64,000 nucleotides of DNA, from assembly GCA_963666735.1 (NCBI GenBank), contig OY762926.1:3712001-3776000 (forward strand). Direction: 5' to 3'. The stretch comes from Gemmatimonadota bacterium. Its GTDB lineage: Bacteria > Gemmatimonadota > Gemmatimonadetes > Palauibacterales > Palauibacteraceae. A model generated the notes under the pieces. It had not been told where the DNA came from and searched no databases. It worked only from the letters and a program-made list of their open reading frames with translations. This document shows positions 50,777 to 61,796 of the stretch, one piece after another; position 1 is the stretch's first letter; each line of letters opens with the position of its first letter. Position numbers and translations under genes: made by a program.

Positions 50777-52081
50777 CTACTCGTAGCGTAGCGCGTCGAT
50801 CGGATCCAGTCCCGCGGCCCGCGAGGCCGGGTAGAGCCCGAAACCGATCCCTGTCAGCACCGATGCCGCAAGGGCAGCCATGATCGACCACGGCGGCACG
50901 ACCGCCGGCAGCGGCGTCAATTGGTTCACGATCCAAACGATCGCCCCGCCCAACAGCATTCCGGTCGCCCCGCCGAGCAGCGTGAGCGTGGCCGCCTCGA
51001 CCAGAAACTGCCACATGACATCGCGCCGCCGCGCCCCCATCGCCTTGCGCAGCCCGATCTCCCGGGTCCGCTCCGTGACGGAAATCATCATGATGCCGAT
51101 GACCCCCACGCCCCCCACCATGAGCCCGATGCTCGACAACCCCAGCATCGCCGCAAACAGGACGTTCGTCAGCTGGCCCCAGAGATTCAGCAGTTGTTCC
51201 TGGCTCAGCACCGCGAAGTCGTCCTCCTCGCCCGGCTCCAGGCGACGGAGTTGCCGCATCCGCGCGTGCGTCGCGTCGAGCGCCGCCTGAAGGTCGGCTT
51301 CGGCCTCCGGCCGCACGATGATGCTGACAGCCCGGTCCCAGATGGGCAGCAGCTTGTCCGCGCTCGCGAACGGCACCCACACGAAGTGCGACGCGAAGCC
51401 GGCGAACAGGTTGGCAGGCACCCGGTACACGCCGATCACGCGGAACATGGCTCCGCGGCTCCCTTCTCCGATCCGGATGTCGCGGCCGACCGGATCGAGC
51501 GACCCGAACAGATCGGCCGCCACCACGGAATCGATCACGGCGACGGGGGCCCGCCGCTCGGCCTCCGGGCGCGTGAACCAGCGACCCGAGATGATGTCGC
51601 CGCTGTAGATCTCGAGGTAGTCGGCGCCCACGCCGTAGAACAGGATCTCGACGCGATCCGACCCGACGCTTGCCTCGAAGGCCGGCGTGCCGAAATCGCC
51701 GGTGATCTCGACGAACGGGGACGCGCTCTGGATGCCGGGGATGCGTCCGAGTTCCCGGGCCCACCGCGGATCGAGCGGCTCGTTGCGGAGCAGGTCCGGC
51801 TCCTCCTCGCTCATCGGACCGCCGCCGAACCCCGCCGACGTGAAGTCCCAGTGCGCCACGTAGAACGTCGCGATGCCGTTCGGAGACATCGCAGCTTCGA
51901 AGCTCTTGTTGACGCCGGTGATCGCGGCCGCCATCACCATCACGACGAGCACGCCGATGGTGACGCCAAGGATTGTGAGGCCGCTCCGGACCTTGTTGGC
52001 TCCGATCGAATCGAAGGCGACCGCGATCCCTTCGGTGACCGTCGAAAGGAACCCCATGCCGCCGCGTGCACGAGCGGTCAT
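50777..52081 (-). CDS. MacB/FtsX-type ABC transporter permease (copy 3)
   Basis: NKVRSGLTILGVTIGV, VGGVGVIGIMMISVTERTREIGLRKA, LDPIDALRYE. Confidence 0.93.
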   Translation of the reverse strand: MTARARGGMGFLSTVTEGIAVAFDSIGANKVRSGLTILGVTIGVLVVMVMAAAITGVNKSFEAAMSPNGIATFYVAHWDFTSAGFGGGPMSEEEPDLLRNEPLDPRWARELGRIPGIQSASPFVEITGDFGTPAFEASVGSDRVEILFYGVGADYLEIYSGDIISGRWFTRPEAERRAPVAVIDSVVAADLFGSLDPVGRDIRIGEGSRGAMFRVIGVYRVPANLFAGFASHFVWVPFASADKLLPIWDRAVSIIVRPEAEADLQAALDATHARMRQLRRLEPGEEDDFAVLSQEQLLNLWGQLTNVLFAAMLGLSSIGLMVGGVGVIGIMMISVTERTREIGLRKAMGARRRDVMWQFLVEAATLTLLGGATGMLLGGAIVWIVNQLTPLPAVVPPWSIMAALAASVLTGIGFGLYPASRAAGLDPIDALRYE

Positions 52082-52155
52082 ACGCGCCTCCCCATCCCCC
52101 GCGGCTCCTGTCGCCCGCCGGAGTCAGGTCGCGCGTTCCCCGCCGCGGGAGAGAA

Positions 52156-53442
52156 CTACTCGTAGCGCAATGCGTCGATCGGGTCCAGACCGGCGGCCCG
52201 CGAGGCGGGGTACAGTCCGAATCCGATCCCGGTCAGCACCGAGGCCGCGAGCGCGGCCACGATCGACCAAAGCGGCACGACGGCGGTCAGCGGCGTTGCC
52301 TGGTTCACGACCCACACGAGCCCGCCTCCGAGCAGCATGCCCGTCGCCCCGCCAAGCAGCGTGAGCGTGGCCGCTTCGACGAGGAACTGGCACATGATGT
52401 CGCTGCGGCGTCCGCCCATCGCCTTGCGCAGCCCGATCTCGCGGGTCCGCTCCGTCACGGAGATCATCATGATCCCGATGACGCCGACGCCACCGACCAT
52501 GAGCCCGATACTCGACAGGCCCACCATCGCCGCGAACAGCACACCCGTCAGCTGGCCCCAGAGCGCCACCACCTGGTCGGCCGTGATGATGGCGAAATCG
52601 TCATCCTCTCCCGGCCTCAGTCTCCGCAGCTGCCGCATGCGGGCGCGGGTCGCGTCGAGCGCGGTCTGAAGCTCCGTTTCCGGTTCCGGCCGCACCACGA
52701 AGCTCATCTCCCGGTCCCACACCCGCAGCAACTTGTCCGCCGTCGCAAAGGGCATCCACACATAGTGCGATGCGAGGCCTGCGAAGAGGTTGGCGGGTGC
52801 TCGGTAGATGCCGACCACGCGCACCCTCGCGTTCTCGCTGCCCCTGCTGATGCGGATGTCCCGCCCGATCGGGTCGCGCGTCCCGAACAGCCCCACCGCG
52901 GTGGCCGAGTCGATCACGGTGACCGCGGCGCGCCGGTTGGCCTCCAACTGCGTGAACCAGCGGCCGGCGATCACATCGCCGCCCGAGATCTCGATGTAGT
53001 CGGCGCCCACTCCGTAGAGCCCGACCTCGACCCGGTCGCCCCCGGAAGAGGCCTCGTTGCCTGACCCGAGATTCACTACAGACACCGCGCTCTGGATCCC
53101 CTGGATCCGCTCCAGTTCCTTCGCCCATTCCGGCTCCAGCGGAGGGTTCCTGAAGAAGGCGTGTTCCCCCTCGTCGAGGGGGCCGGTGATCTGCATGGAG
53201 AAAAAGTCGAAGTGAGCCACCCAGAACGTAGTGATCCCCTCCGGGGCCATCAGTTCCGAGAAGCTCTTGTTGATCCCGGTGATCACCGCCGCCATGACCA
53301 TGACGACGAGGACTCCGATCGTCACGCCGAGGATCGTGAGACCGCTCCGCACCTTGTTCGCTCCGAGCGAGTCGAAGGCGACGGCGATCCCCTCGGTGAC
53401 CGTCGCGATGAACCCCATGCCGCGGCCCGAACGAGCGGTCAC
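52156..53442 (-). CDS. MacB/FtsX-type ABC transporter permease (copy 2)
   Basis: Same motifs; long near-identical stretches with neighbours. Confidence 0.93.
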   Translation of the reverse strand: MTARSGRGMGFIATVTEGIAVAFDSLGANKVRSGLTILGVTIGVLVVMVMAAVITGINKSFSELMAPEGITTFWVAHFDFFSMQITGPLDEGEHAFFRNPPLEPEWAKELERIQGIQSAVSVVNLGSGNEASSGGDRVEVGLYGVGADYIEISGGDVIAGRWFTQLEANRRAAVTVIDSATAVGLFGTRDPIGRDIRISRGSENARVRVVGIYRAPANLFAGLASHYVWMPFATADKLLRVWDREMSFVVRPEPETELQTALDATRARMRQLRRLRPGEDDDFAIITADQVVALWGQLTGVLFAAMVGLSSIGLMVGGVGVIGIMMISVTERTREIGLRKAMGGRRSDIMCQFLVEAATLTLLGGATGMLLGGGLVWVVNQATPLTAVVPLWSIVAALAASVLTGIGFGLYPASRAAGLDPIDALRYE

Positions 53443-53520
53443 ACGCGCCTCCCCGTAGCCCGCGGCTTCCGGAGACCCCGTGGGCGTAAGGTCACCCCTG
53501 TGTTGTCGTGGGTGCGGAAC

Positions 53521-54816
53521 TCACTCGTAGCGCAATGCGTCGATCGGGTCCAGACCTGCGGCCCGGGAGGCGGGGTACAGTCCGAAGCCGATCCCGGTCA
53601 GGATCGAGGCCGCGAGCGCGGCCACGATCGACCACAGCGGCACGACGGCGGTCAGCGGCGTGACCTGGTTCACGATCCACACGAGCCCACCCCCGAGCAG
53701 CATCCCGGTCGTCCCGCCCAGCAGCGTGAGCGTGGCGGCCTCGACGAGGAACTGCCACATGATGTCACGGCGGCGCCCGCCCATCGCCTTGCGCAGTCCG
53801 ATCTCGCGCGTCCGCTCCGTGACCGAGATCATCATGATCCCGATCACCCCCACGCCACCGACCATGAGCCCGATACTCGACAGGCCGACCATCGCCGCGA
53901 ACAGCACACCGGTCAGTTGGCCCCACAGATCCATCATCTGCTCGGAGGTCATCATGGCGAAGTCGTCTTCCTCGCCGACGTCCAGTCCCCGCAACTGCCG
54001 CATGCGGGCGCGCGTCAAGTCGAGCGCGGCCTGCAGTTCCATCTCCGGTTCCGGCCGCACGACGATGCTGATCTGCCGGTCCCACACCCGCAGCAGCTTG
54101 TCCGCCGTCGCGAAGGGCACCCACACATAGTGCGAGACCAGCCCGGCGAACAGGTTGGCCGGCACCCGGTAGATGCCGACCACGCGCACCCTCGCGTTCT
54201 CGCTGCCCCTGCTGATGCGGATGTCCCGCCCGATCGGATCCCGAGTCCCGAACAGCCCCACCGCGGTGGCCGAGTCGATCACGGTGACCGCGGCGCGCCG
54301 GTCGGCTTCCGACTGCGTGAACCAGCGGCCGGCGATGATGTCGCCGCCCGAGATCTCGATGTAGTCGGCGCCGACTCCGTAGAGTCCGATCTCGACGCGG
54401 TCGCCCTCGGAGGAGGCCTCGTAGCCTGACCCCGCCAGATCCACGAAGGGCGCCGCGCTCTGGATCCCCGGGATCCGCCCCAGTTCCTTCGCCCATTCCG
54501 GCTCCAGCGGAGGGTTCTTGAAGAAGGCGTCCTCCCCCTCCTCGAGCGGTCCGCTGATCTGCATGGAGGAGAAGTCGAAGTGCGCCACCCAGAACGTGGT
54601 GATCCCCTCCGGGGCCATCAGCTCCGAGAAGCTCCGGTTGATCCCGGTGATCACCGCCGCCATGACCATGACGACGACGACACCGATCGTCACGCCGAGG
54701 ATCGTGAGACCGCTCCGCACCTTGTTCCCTCCGAGCGAGTCGAAGGCGACGGCGATCCCCTCGGCGACTGTCGCGATGAATCCCATGCCTCGCATGCCTT
54801 TCCTGCCCGCGCTCAC
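53521..54816 (-). CDS. MacB/FtsX-type ABC transporter permease (copy 1)
   Basis: Same motifs; long near-identical stretches with 52156-53442. Confidence 0.93.
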   Translation of the reverse strand: MSAGRKGMRGMGFIATVAEGIAVAFDSLGGNKVRSGLTILGVTIGVVVVMVMAAVITGINRSFSELMAPEGITTFWVAHFDFSSMQISGPLEEGEDAFFKNPPLEPEWAKELGRIPGIQSAAPFVDLAGSGYEASSEGDRVEIGLYGVGADYIEISGGDIIAGRWFTQSEADRRAAVTVIDSATAVGLFGTRDPIGRDIRISRGSENARVRVVGIYRVPANLFAGLVSHYVWVPFATADKLLRVWDRQISIVVRPEPEMELQAALDLTRARMRQLRGLDVGEEDDFAMMTSEQMMDLWGQLTGVLFAAMVGLSSIGLMVGGVGVIGIMMISVTERTREIGLRKAMGGRRRDIMWQFLVEAATLTLLGGTTGMLLGGGLVWIVNQVTPLTAVVPLWSIVAALAASILTGIGFGLYPASRAAGLDPIDALRYE

Positions 54817-54823
54817 GGCAACC

Positions 54824-56068
54824 TCACTCGAACCTGAGGGCTTCGATCGGGTCGAGCCGGGCCGCGCGATAGGCGGGGTAGAGGCCGGAGGTGATCCCGA
54901 CGCCGAGCCCGAGCACGAGGGAGACGATCATCGCGGGAACCGAGATCGCTGCCGGGAGGCCCCAGACCCCTTCGACGATGAACGCCAGCCCGAATCCGAT
55001 TCCGATTCCGAGCGCCGCCCCCACAATCGAGAGCGTGGAGGCCTCGGTCAGGAACTGGAAGAGGACATCGCGCCGCCGCGCCCCGAGGGACTTGCGGAGC
55101 CCGATCTCGCGCGTCCGGTCCGTGACCGAGAGCAGCATGATGTTCATGATCACGATGCCGCCCACCACGAGCGAGATTCCGACCAATCCCGGCAGCGCCG
55201 TCATCAGCACCCGGTTGATCGCCTCCCACGCGTCGAGCAGCCCGCTCGAAGTGTCGATGCCGAAATTGTTCGGTTCGGAGGGCCGCAGGCGCCGGTCGGA
55301 TCGCAGCGCGCCCTCGACTTCCGCCATGGCCGGGTCCAGTTCGTCGAGCGACCCCATCTTGACGGTGATGCCGTCCACCTCCAGCCGCCGGCGCGCTACC
55401 GTGCGCTGGAACGTTTCGAAGGGAATGAGGACGGCCGCATCGCGCAGGTTGCCGGCCAGGCCCCCCTGGGCCTCCAGCACGCCGACGACTCTGAACCCGT
55501 GCCCGCCCGCTCGGATGCGCTTGTCGATGGGCGAGGTCGTGGGGAAGAGCCGTTCGGCGATCTGGGCGCCGATCACGGCGACGGGAAGCGCCTGCTGGTC
55601 ATCGATCGGCGTCAGGCCCCGCCCATCCACCACCTTCCATCCCTGGACCGCCTCGTACTCGGGCGAACCCCCGACCATGAGGACATTGCGCCGTTCGTAC
55701 TGCCCGTAGCGCACCGAGCCCGCGACATCTCGCGCATAATAGGCCCGGTATTGGGCGTCGGGCGTCGCGGCCAGCACGACTTCCACGTCCTCCATGGTGA
55801 GCTGTGGATTGCGCCGCTGCCGGCGTCGTTCCGCCTCGTCGATGCGACCGGTGGTGATCTGGGGACGCCGGACCACCGTGAAGGTGTTCACGCCGAAGAG
55901 CGAACCCGCGAAGTCATCGCGCACGTAGCTGTTCATGCCCTCGACGATCGTGATCACCGCCATGAGGAACGTGATTCCGATGCTGATGCCGAGGAGCGCG
56001 AAGAACGACTTCAGCTTCTGCGACCGGACCTGCTGCAGCGACAGGCGGATGCCCTCCCAGAATCTCAT
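54824..56068 (-). CDS. MacB/FtsX-type ABC transporter permease (divergent partner)
   Basis: VGGIVIMNIMLLSVTDRTREIGLRK, LDPIEALRFE. Confidence 0.93.
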   Translation of the reverse strand: MRFWEGIRLSLQQVRSQKLKSFFALLGISIGITFLMAVITIVEGMNSYVRDDFAGSLFGVNTFTVVRRPQITTGRIDEAERRRQRRNPQLTMEDVEVVLAATPDAQYRAYYARDVAGSVRYGQYERRNVLMVGGSPEYEAVQGWKVVDGRGLTPIDDQQALPVAVIGAQIAERLFPTTSPIDKRIRAGGHGFRVVGVLEAQGGLAGNLRDAAVLIPFETFQRTVARRRLEVDGITVKMGSLDELDPAMAEVEGALRSDRRLRPSEPNNFGIDTSSGLLDAWEAINRVLMTALPGLVGISLVVGGIVIMNIMLLSVTDRTREIGLRKSLGARRRDVLFQFLTEASTLSIVGAALGIGIGFGLAFIVEGVWGLPAAISVPAMIVSLVLGLGVGITSGLYPAYRAARLDPIEALRFE

Positions 56069-56089
56069 CGGCGGGGAATCGCGCGGCCG

Positions 56090-57043
56090 CTAGCGCCCGC
56101 CATCGACGGGCGGGGTGCGGGGGGGTGCCCACGGGTTCGAGATGGGGCGCGGTGTTGCCGGGGTCTGAGGCGCGGCCTCGGGCGTCACGGGGTCCGGCGG
56201 AGCCGCCGTCGGGGGCGCCGGGGCACCCTCTGGGGTGGCTTCCCGCGGGGGAGCCGGTGCAGGCTCGGCCTCCGGGCTCGCCGGTGGGTCCGCCGCGACC
56301 GCAGCCGCCACGGGCTGCTTGATGCCGCGCGCGAGGTAGTAATCCACGGACATCTCCGCCTCGACCTTGCCGTCGACGAGCGTGATCACGCGCTGGGAGC
56401 GAGCCGCGATGTCGTACTCGTGCGTGACCATGATGATGGTCTGGCCGTTCTCGTGGAGCGTGTCGAAGACGTCCATGATCTCCTCGGACGTCGAGGAGTC
56501 GAGGTTACCCGTCGGCTCGTCCGCGAGGAGGATCGAGGGGTCGTTGACGAGCGCCCTCGCGATGGCCACGCGCTGGCGCTGGCCCCCGGAGAGTTCGTTG
56601 GGTTTGTGGTCCATCCGGTCGGCCAACTGCACGATCTCGAGCGCGTGCGCCGCCTTCCGCTGACGGTCCCTGCTCGATACCCCCGCGTAGATCAGCGGCA
56701 ACTCCACGTTGTGCAGCGCCGTTGCCCGCGGCAGGAGATTGAACGTCTGGAACACGAAGCCGATCTCCTGGTTTCGAATCCGGGCCAGGTTGTCGTCGCT
56801 CAGATCCTGGACCGCCTGCCCGTTGAGGACGTACTCGCCGCTCGTCGGGGAATCGAGGCAGCCGATCATGTTCATGAGCGTCGACTTGCCCGAGCCCGAG
56901 GGGCCCATGATCGACACGTACTCGTTCCGGAGGATCTCGATGTCCACGCCCGCCAGCGCGTGGACCGTCTCCGTGCCCATCACGTAGTCCTTCTTGAGAC
57001 CGCGCGCGACGATGATCGACTCCATCTGTCCGTTCCCGCTCAT
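56090..57043 (-). CDS. ABC transporter ATP-binding protein (MacB/LolD-like) with Pro-rich tail
   Basis: [33 protein letters not shown]. Confidence 0.96.
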   Translation of the reverse strand: MSGNGQMESIIVARGLKKDYVMGTETVHALAGVDIEILRNEYVSIMGPSGSGKSTLMNMIGCLDSPTSGEYVLNGQAVQDLSDDNLARIRNQEIGFVFQTFNLLPRATALHNVELPLIYAGVSSRDRQRKAAHALEIVQLADRMDHKPNELSGGQRQRVAIARALVNDPSILLADEPTGNLDSSTSEEIMDVFDTLHENGQTIIMVTHEYDIAARSQRVITLVDGKVEAEMSVDYYLARGIKQPVAAAVAADPPASPEAEPAPAPPREATPEGAPAPPTAAPPDPVTPEAAPQTPATPRPISNPWAPPRTPPVDGGR

Positions 57044-58362
57044 CGTCCGTCCTCTCCGTTGGCCGATCCGTCGGCCGCGGCGTCGCTCCCTCCGCTCCCG
57101 TCGCCGTTGACGGCGGCCTCGGGGGCCGGCCCGTCGATCTCGATCCGGCTTCCGTCCTGGAGTTCGCGGATCGCCTGGAACGAGCCGGAGACGACCGTCG
57201 TGCCGACTTCGATCCCGGACACGACCTCGAAGTAGTTCTCTCCGGCGATGCCGATCTCCACCGGCCGGAAGCGGACGACGTCGCCCTCCACGACAAAGAC
57301 GCCCTCGATATCCCGCACCGCGTCGGAACGCGGAGCGCTCGGGAGGTTTTCGTTCGGGATCTCCTCGTACTCATCCGCATCCATCAGCGTGAGCGCCGTG
57401 ATGGGGATGCTGGGCACGTCGTCGCGGGTGGCCGTGATCACGTCGGCCGTGGCCGACAGGTCCGGCCTGATCCCTTCGGGCGGTGCGCGCAGTTCAATCT
57501 TGACCTCGAAGTCAATGGCCTGGGCCGAGCCGCCCGCCGCGGAGGGGTTCAACGGAATGATCGAACTGTTGCCGATCTCCGTGACGGTCCCCACGAAACG
57601 CCGGTTCGGAAAAGCGTCGATCTCGACGTAGGCGGAGTCGCCGATGGCGATATCGGGCACGTCCGTTTCGTCCACCTCGATTACGGCTTCCATGACGGAA
57701 AGGTCGGCGACCGTTAGCAGTACGGTTCCCGGATTGTTCATCGTCCCGACGATCGCGGTCTCGCCGCGCTCGACGTTCAGCCGCGTGATCCGGCCCGACA
57801 TGGGCGCCCGGATCGTGGTCTTCCCGAGCCGGTCCCGTTCCTGGTCCAGGCTCGCGTCGGCCTGCTGGACCTGGTGCTCCGAGGCCTCCAGGAGCCGCTT
57901 CTGGACGTTGGCGTTCGTCACCGCCTGCTCGACTTCCGCCTCGGTCACGAAGTCGGTCCCGCGCGCCTGCAACGCCGTGAGACGGTCCGCGTCCCGCTGC
58001 GACTGCTGGTACGTCGCCTCCTGCTGGGCGAGGTTGGCCTCCGCCTGCGCGAGAGCGGCCTCGGCCCGGTCCACGCCTGCCCTGTAGAGGGCCGGGTCGA
58101 TCTGCAGCAGGAGGTCTCCCTCCTCCACGTCCTGCCCTTCCTCCACCGGGAGTTCGATGATCCGTCCGGCGACGTCCGTGGTGATGTCCACGTGCGTCTT
58201 GGGCTCGATGTGGCCCGTAGCGGAGACGTCGTCGACGAGATCCCGCAACCCGACGGCCTCCACGCGGACTTCGACGGCGCCACGCCCTTGCCGCTGCGTG
58301 GCGAGAAATCCCATGGTCGCGAGAAGTCCAACCACGACGACCGCGATGATCGCTTTCTTCAT
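57040..58362 (-). CDS. Efflux periplasmic adaptor (MacA/YknX-like)
   Basis: N-terminal TM, lipoyl half-motifs ([22 protein letters not shown]), coiled hairpin, VDETDV. Confidence 0.93.
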   Translation of the reverse strand: MKKAIIAVVVVGLLATMGFLATQRQGRGAVEVRVEAVGLRDLVDDVSATGHIEPKTHVDITTDVAGRIIELPVEEGQDVEEGDLLLQIDPALYRAGVDRAEAALAQAEANLAQQEATYQQSQRDADRLTALQARGTDFVTEAEVEQAVTNANVQKRLLEASEHQVQQADASLDQERDRLGKTTIRAPMSGRITRLNVERGETAIVGTMNNPGTVLLTVADLSVMEAVIEVDETDVPDIAIGDSAYVEIDAFPNRRFVGTVTEIGNSSIIPLNPSAAGGSAQAIDFEVKIELRAPPEGIRPDLSATADVITATRDDVPSIPITALTLMDADEYEEIPNENLPSAPRSDAVRDIEGVFVVEGDVVRFRPVEIGIAGENYFEVVSGIEVGTTVVSGSFQAIRELQDGSRIEIDGPAPEAAVNGDGSGGSDAAADGSANGEDGR

Positions 58363-58492
58363 CCTTCACAAGGACCTTTATTTCGAGACTCGGCGGGCAG
58401 TCCGGGCAACTGCAGGGCCCGCGCCCAGGGGCACATCATCGGTACATCGGTACGTCACGGGTACGTTGGCGCGACCTGAGCGGTTTCACGTG

Positions 58493-59236
58493 CTATCCGG
58501 CCAGACCGGCGAGGAGACCGGAGAACATTGCGAGCGCCGCCACGAAGATCAGGTAGAGCACGAGCAGATACGTCGTGCCCGCCGCCACGGACCGTCCCGG
58601 ATAGAAACGGCTCACCGCCACCCCGAGCACCCCGCACGTCCAAACAGAGAAGATGTTGATTCCGTTTAGGAACCTGCCCAGGAATCCCTCCATCTCGGGC
58701 AGGAAGAGACCGGGCGAGAGGGTCGTGACCTCGGCGCCGACCGCCAACAGGCCGATGGAGAGGACGCCTCCCGCCGTTCCGATGTACATCGAGTGTGTGG
58801 CGGCGCTCAGCAACTGCTTGAAGCTGGCCTCGCCTCCCAGGATGACGTTGAACGCGATGAGGAGGAGGCCCGCGATGATCAAGAGTACGATGGGCGTCAT
58901 GATGATGGTGCCTACGATGACGCCGACTCCCGGCGAAATGGCTGCGTCGACCTGCTGTTCCAGCACCGCAGGATCCGTTCCCGCCGGTATGAAGTCCGCG
59001 ATCCGGGCCTCTGCCGCCCTCCGCAATACCTCCTCGGGGACGACGACGGGCGTAAGGAACTGCAGCGCGATGCTGAGGCCGATGAGCCCCACAACGGCTC
59101 CGATCCAGGCAGGGCGGTGGCGGAGAGCGTCGAACAGCTTCGCCGGCGAGACGAAGACCTGCACGATGCGCACGGGCAGGGAGGGAATCCCTTGTTCCTC
59201 CACCGCTGCGTCGGACGATTCCGGATGGTGTTCCAT
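58493..59236 (-). CDS. Yip1-domain membrane protein (YknW-like)
   Basis: VFVSPAKLF, GGEASFKQLLS, NIFSVW; multiple TMs; upstream of the adaptor gene. Confidence 0.8.
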   Translation of the reverse strand: MEHHPESSDAAVEEQGIPSLPVRIVQVFVSPAKLFDALRHRPAWIGAVVGLIGLSIALQFLTPVVVPEEVLRRAAEARIADFIPAGTDPAVLEQQVDAAISPGVGVIVGTIIMTPIVLLIIAGLLLIAFNVILGGEASFKQLLSAATHSMYIGTAGGVLSIGLLAVGAEVTTLSPGLFLPEMEGFLGRFLNGINIFSVWTCGVLGVAVSRFYPGRSVAAGTTYLLVLYLIFVAALAMFSGLLAGLAG

Positions 59237-59272
59237 TTTCTCCTCTTTCTCCTCTTTCTTCTCCAGTTTGCC

Positions 59273-59971
59273 TCAGCCCTCGGCCGGGGCTCGCACGGCC
59301 TCGCGTCCCGCCGCGTCCACGACGCGGAGCAGCCGGTCGTCCGCGTCGAGCCACACCCGGTGCAGGGCGCCCTCCACGTCCACGTCGTAACGGGTCGCGT
59401 CCACCGACTCATCGCCGAGCGAAACGCCTTCCTCCGTCCGCCCGGTCAGGCCCACGGTCACGGTCCGGCCGTCAAGGGGCAGGATCGCTGTCATGCGCCC
59501 GTCCGGCGCTGCTCTGAGCGCGCGCACGAGGACGAGATAGTGATGTGCGACCCCCGGTTCGAGGATCGCGGCCGCCTCCTGAACCGGGTACTCCTTCCAG
59601 CGCTCGCCCTCCGGGGTCGCGAAGTGGAAGCGGATCCGGTCGGGAAAGCGTTCCCCGCTCACGAGAGGCGATACCCCTTCGCGAATCTCGTATTTCACGG
59701 GAAGCAGGTCGGGGTCCATCTGGAGCCGCACCTGCCAGGCGGTTCGCTGCACCCTCTCGACGCTGGCGACGGCGTTCACGGTGAATCCGGTCCGCCAGAT
59801 CCGGAAGCGCTCCGTCCCCACGCGGCGCCCCGCTTCGCGGAGATAAAGGTGGCCCGCGTCGAGTTCCTGCGCGTCCAGCGGCAGGGGGGTCGGCAGGTCC
59901 GCGAGCAGCGGGCTCAGGAGGAGCGCTCCGAGCACCCGCGTCCTGCCTGACCTTCTCACGCTCTTCGCCAC
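59273..59971 (-). CDS. Hypothetical exported beta-rich protein
   Basis: Signal-like N-terminus, G.E.F.I motif, VWLDADDRLLRV end; fills gap. Confidence 0.65.
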   Translation of the reverse strand: MAKSVRRSGRTRVLGALLLSPLLADLPTPLPLDAQELDAGHLYLREAGRRVGTERFRIWRTGFTVNAVASVERVQRTAWQVRLQMDPDLLPVKYEIREGVSPLVSGERFPDRIRFHFATPEGERWKEYPVQEAAAILEPGVAHHYLVLVRALRAAPDGRMTAILPLDGRTVTVGLTGRTEEGVSLGDESVDATRYDVDVEGALHRVWLDADDRLLRVVDAAGREAVRAPAEG

Positions 59972-60095
59972 TCGTCCGCCTCGCTTGTAGCCCGTTTGAG
60001 TGCAGCCGTTTGAGAACCGGTTGAGACCGGCGCCGATCTTCGACTCACGGTGAAGTTACAAGACTACAAGGCTGTGCGGACGGGAGCGACGAAGA

Positions 60096-61637
60096 ATGCC
60101 GAAGTGGTTGGGGTCGGCCTCGGTGATGTCGGCGGCGGTGATGGGGCTCGACGTGCGGCCGGTGAGCGTCGAGGTGTCGCTGGTCAAGGGGACGCCGATC
60201 ATCCAGATCGTCGGTCTCGCGCAAAGCGCGGTGCGCGAGGGTCGCGAGCGCATCCGGGCCGCCGCGGCGCAACTGGGCCTTCACGTGCCGGGGCTTCGCA
60301 TCACGGTGAATCTCGCGCCGGCGGACCTTCCCAAGACCGGGGCCGCGCTGGACCTGCCGATCATGCTCGGGATTCTGTGCGCCAAGGGGGATCTCCCCCA
60401 GGATGCCCTGGAGGGGACGCTGGCGGTGGGCGAACTCGGGCTCGACGGTTCGTTGCGTTCCATCCGCGGCGGCCTCCCGATCGCCCTCTTTGCGGCTGCG
60501 AACCCCGGTGTCGAGCGCCTCCTGCTGCCGGCCGCGAACCTGCGGGAAGCATCGGTCGCGGAAGGGGTCGCCCTGGGCGGCTCGGACTCGCTGACCGATA
60601 TCCTCGCCGCGCTGAACGGCGACGTCCCGTTGCGCGGGCCCGCGGCGCTGCTGCCCGCCGCCGGTCGGACGGATCGGACGGAGACGGGCGGCAGGCCACG
60701 AAACGGCGGGTTCGACCTGTCGGCCGTAAAGGGGCAACCGGTCGCCAAGCGGGCGCTGGAGATCGCGGCCGCCGGAGGGCACAACCTCCTCCTTTCCGGC
60801 TGCCCGGGCTCCGGAAAGACGAGTCTCGCGCGCTGCCTCCCCGGTCTCCTCCCCGCCCTCGACGTCCGGGAGGCGGTGGACGTGACGGCGATCCACAGCG
60901 TCGCCGGCCTGCTGGCCGATGGTTCGGGACTCCAGCGGGTCCGACCCTTCCGGGCGCCGCACCATTCCATCAGCGAGGCCGGGCTCATCGGCGGCGGGAG
61001 CCGTCCCCGGCCGGGCGAGGCATCGCTCGCGCACCACGGCGTGCTCTTCCTCGATGAACTCCCGGAGTTCGGGCGGCGCACGCTGGAGGCCCTGCGCCAG
61101 CCGATCGAGGAGGGGCAGGTGCGGATCGTCCGCGCAGCCGGGTCGGCCTGCTTTCCCGCCGAGTTCACGCTCGTGGCCGCGATGAACCCGTGTCCGTGCG
61201 GCTTCCTGGGCGTGCCGGGCCGCTGTCGCTGCCCCGAGGAAACGGTGCGGCGCTACCGCCGCCGGGTCAGCGGACCGCTCCTCGACCGGATCGACATGCT
61301 TGTCGACGTCCCGGCCGTGCGCTGGGAGCAACTCGCGGATCCGGCGCCCGGCGAGACGAGCGCGGTCGTGCGGGCCCGGGTGTCCAGGGCCCGCGCCCGC
61401 GCCGCCCGCCGGCACGGCACGACCAACGCGCGGATCCTGCCCGCCCGTCTCGAGGAGGCGTGCCGGCTCGAGCGGGTCGGCCGTTCGCTCCTGCGGAAGG
61501 CCGTGACGCATCTTGGCCTGACGGCCCGCGGCTACCACCGCACGCTTCGCGTCTCCCGGACGATCGCGGACCTGGAGGGGCAGGCCCGCGTATCCGGGGA
61601 CCACGTCGCCGAGGCGATTCGTTTCCGCGGACCCTAA
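60096..61637 (+). CDS. comM: YifB/ComM family Mg-chelatase-like AAA+ ATPase
   Basis: VNLAPADLPK, AAAGGHNLL.G.PGSGKT, PFRAPHHS, GEASLAHHGVLFLDE, MNPCPCG, SGPLLDRID. Confidence 0.93.
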   Translation: MPKWLGSASVMSAAVMGLDVRPVSVEVSLVKGTPIIQIVGLAQSAVREGRERIRAAAAQLGLHVPGLRITVNLAPADLPKTGAALDLPIMLGILCAKGDLPQDALEGTLAVGELGLDGSLRSIRGGLPIALFAAANPGVERLLLPAANLREASVAEGVALGGSDSLTDILAALNGDVPLRGPAALLPAAGRTDRTETGGRPRNGGFDLSAVKGQPVAKRALEIAAAGGHNLLLSGCPGSGKTSLARCLPGLLPALDVREAVDVTAIHSVAGLLADGSGLQRVRPFRAPHHSISEAGLIGGGSRPRPGEASLAHHGVLFLDELPEFGRRTLEALRQPIEEGQVRIVRAAGSACFPAEFTLVAAMNPCPCGFLGVPGRCRCPEETVRRYRRRVSGPLLDRIDMLVDVPAVRWEQLADPAPGETSAVVRARVSRARARAARRHGTTNARILPARLEEACRLERVGRSLLRKAVTHLGLTARGYHRTLRVSRTIADLEGQARVSGDHVAEAIRFRGP

Positions 61638-61796
61638 TGTGGTGTCGCAGAAATTCCACGGCCATTCGAGCGCCGATGCATCCGCCCCTGCGGCGTTGCT
61701 CCTCCTCGCAATAGCTCTGCTATTCCTCGCCGGAGCGCCTTGCAGTACTCGGCGCCTCGACGCTCTCGGTGGCTCGCGGACTCCTGCGACACCACA

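Noticed and set aside
58483..58496. parS-like GTTTCACGTG
   Set aside because: Right arm (CTAT) does not match the palindrome
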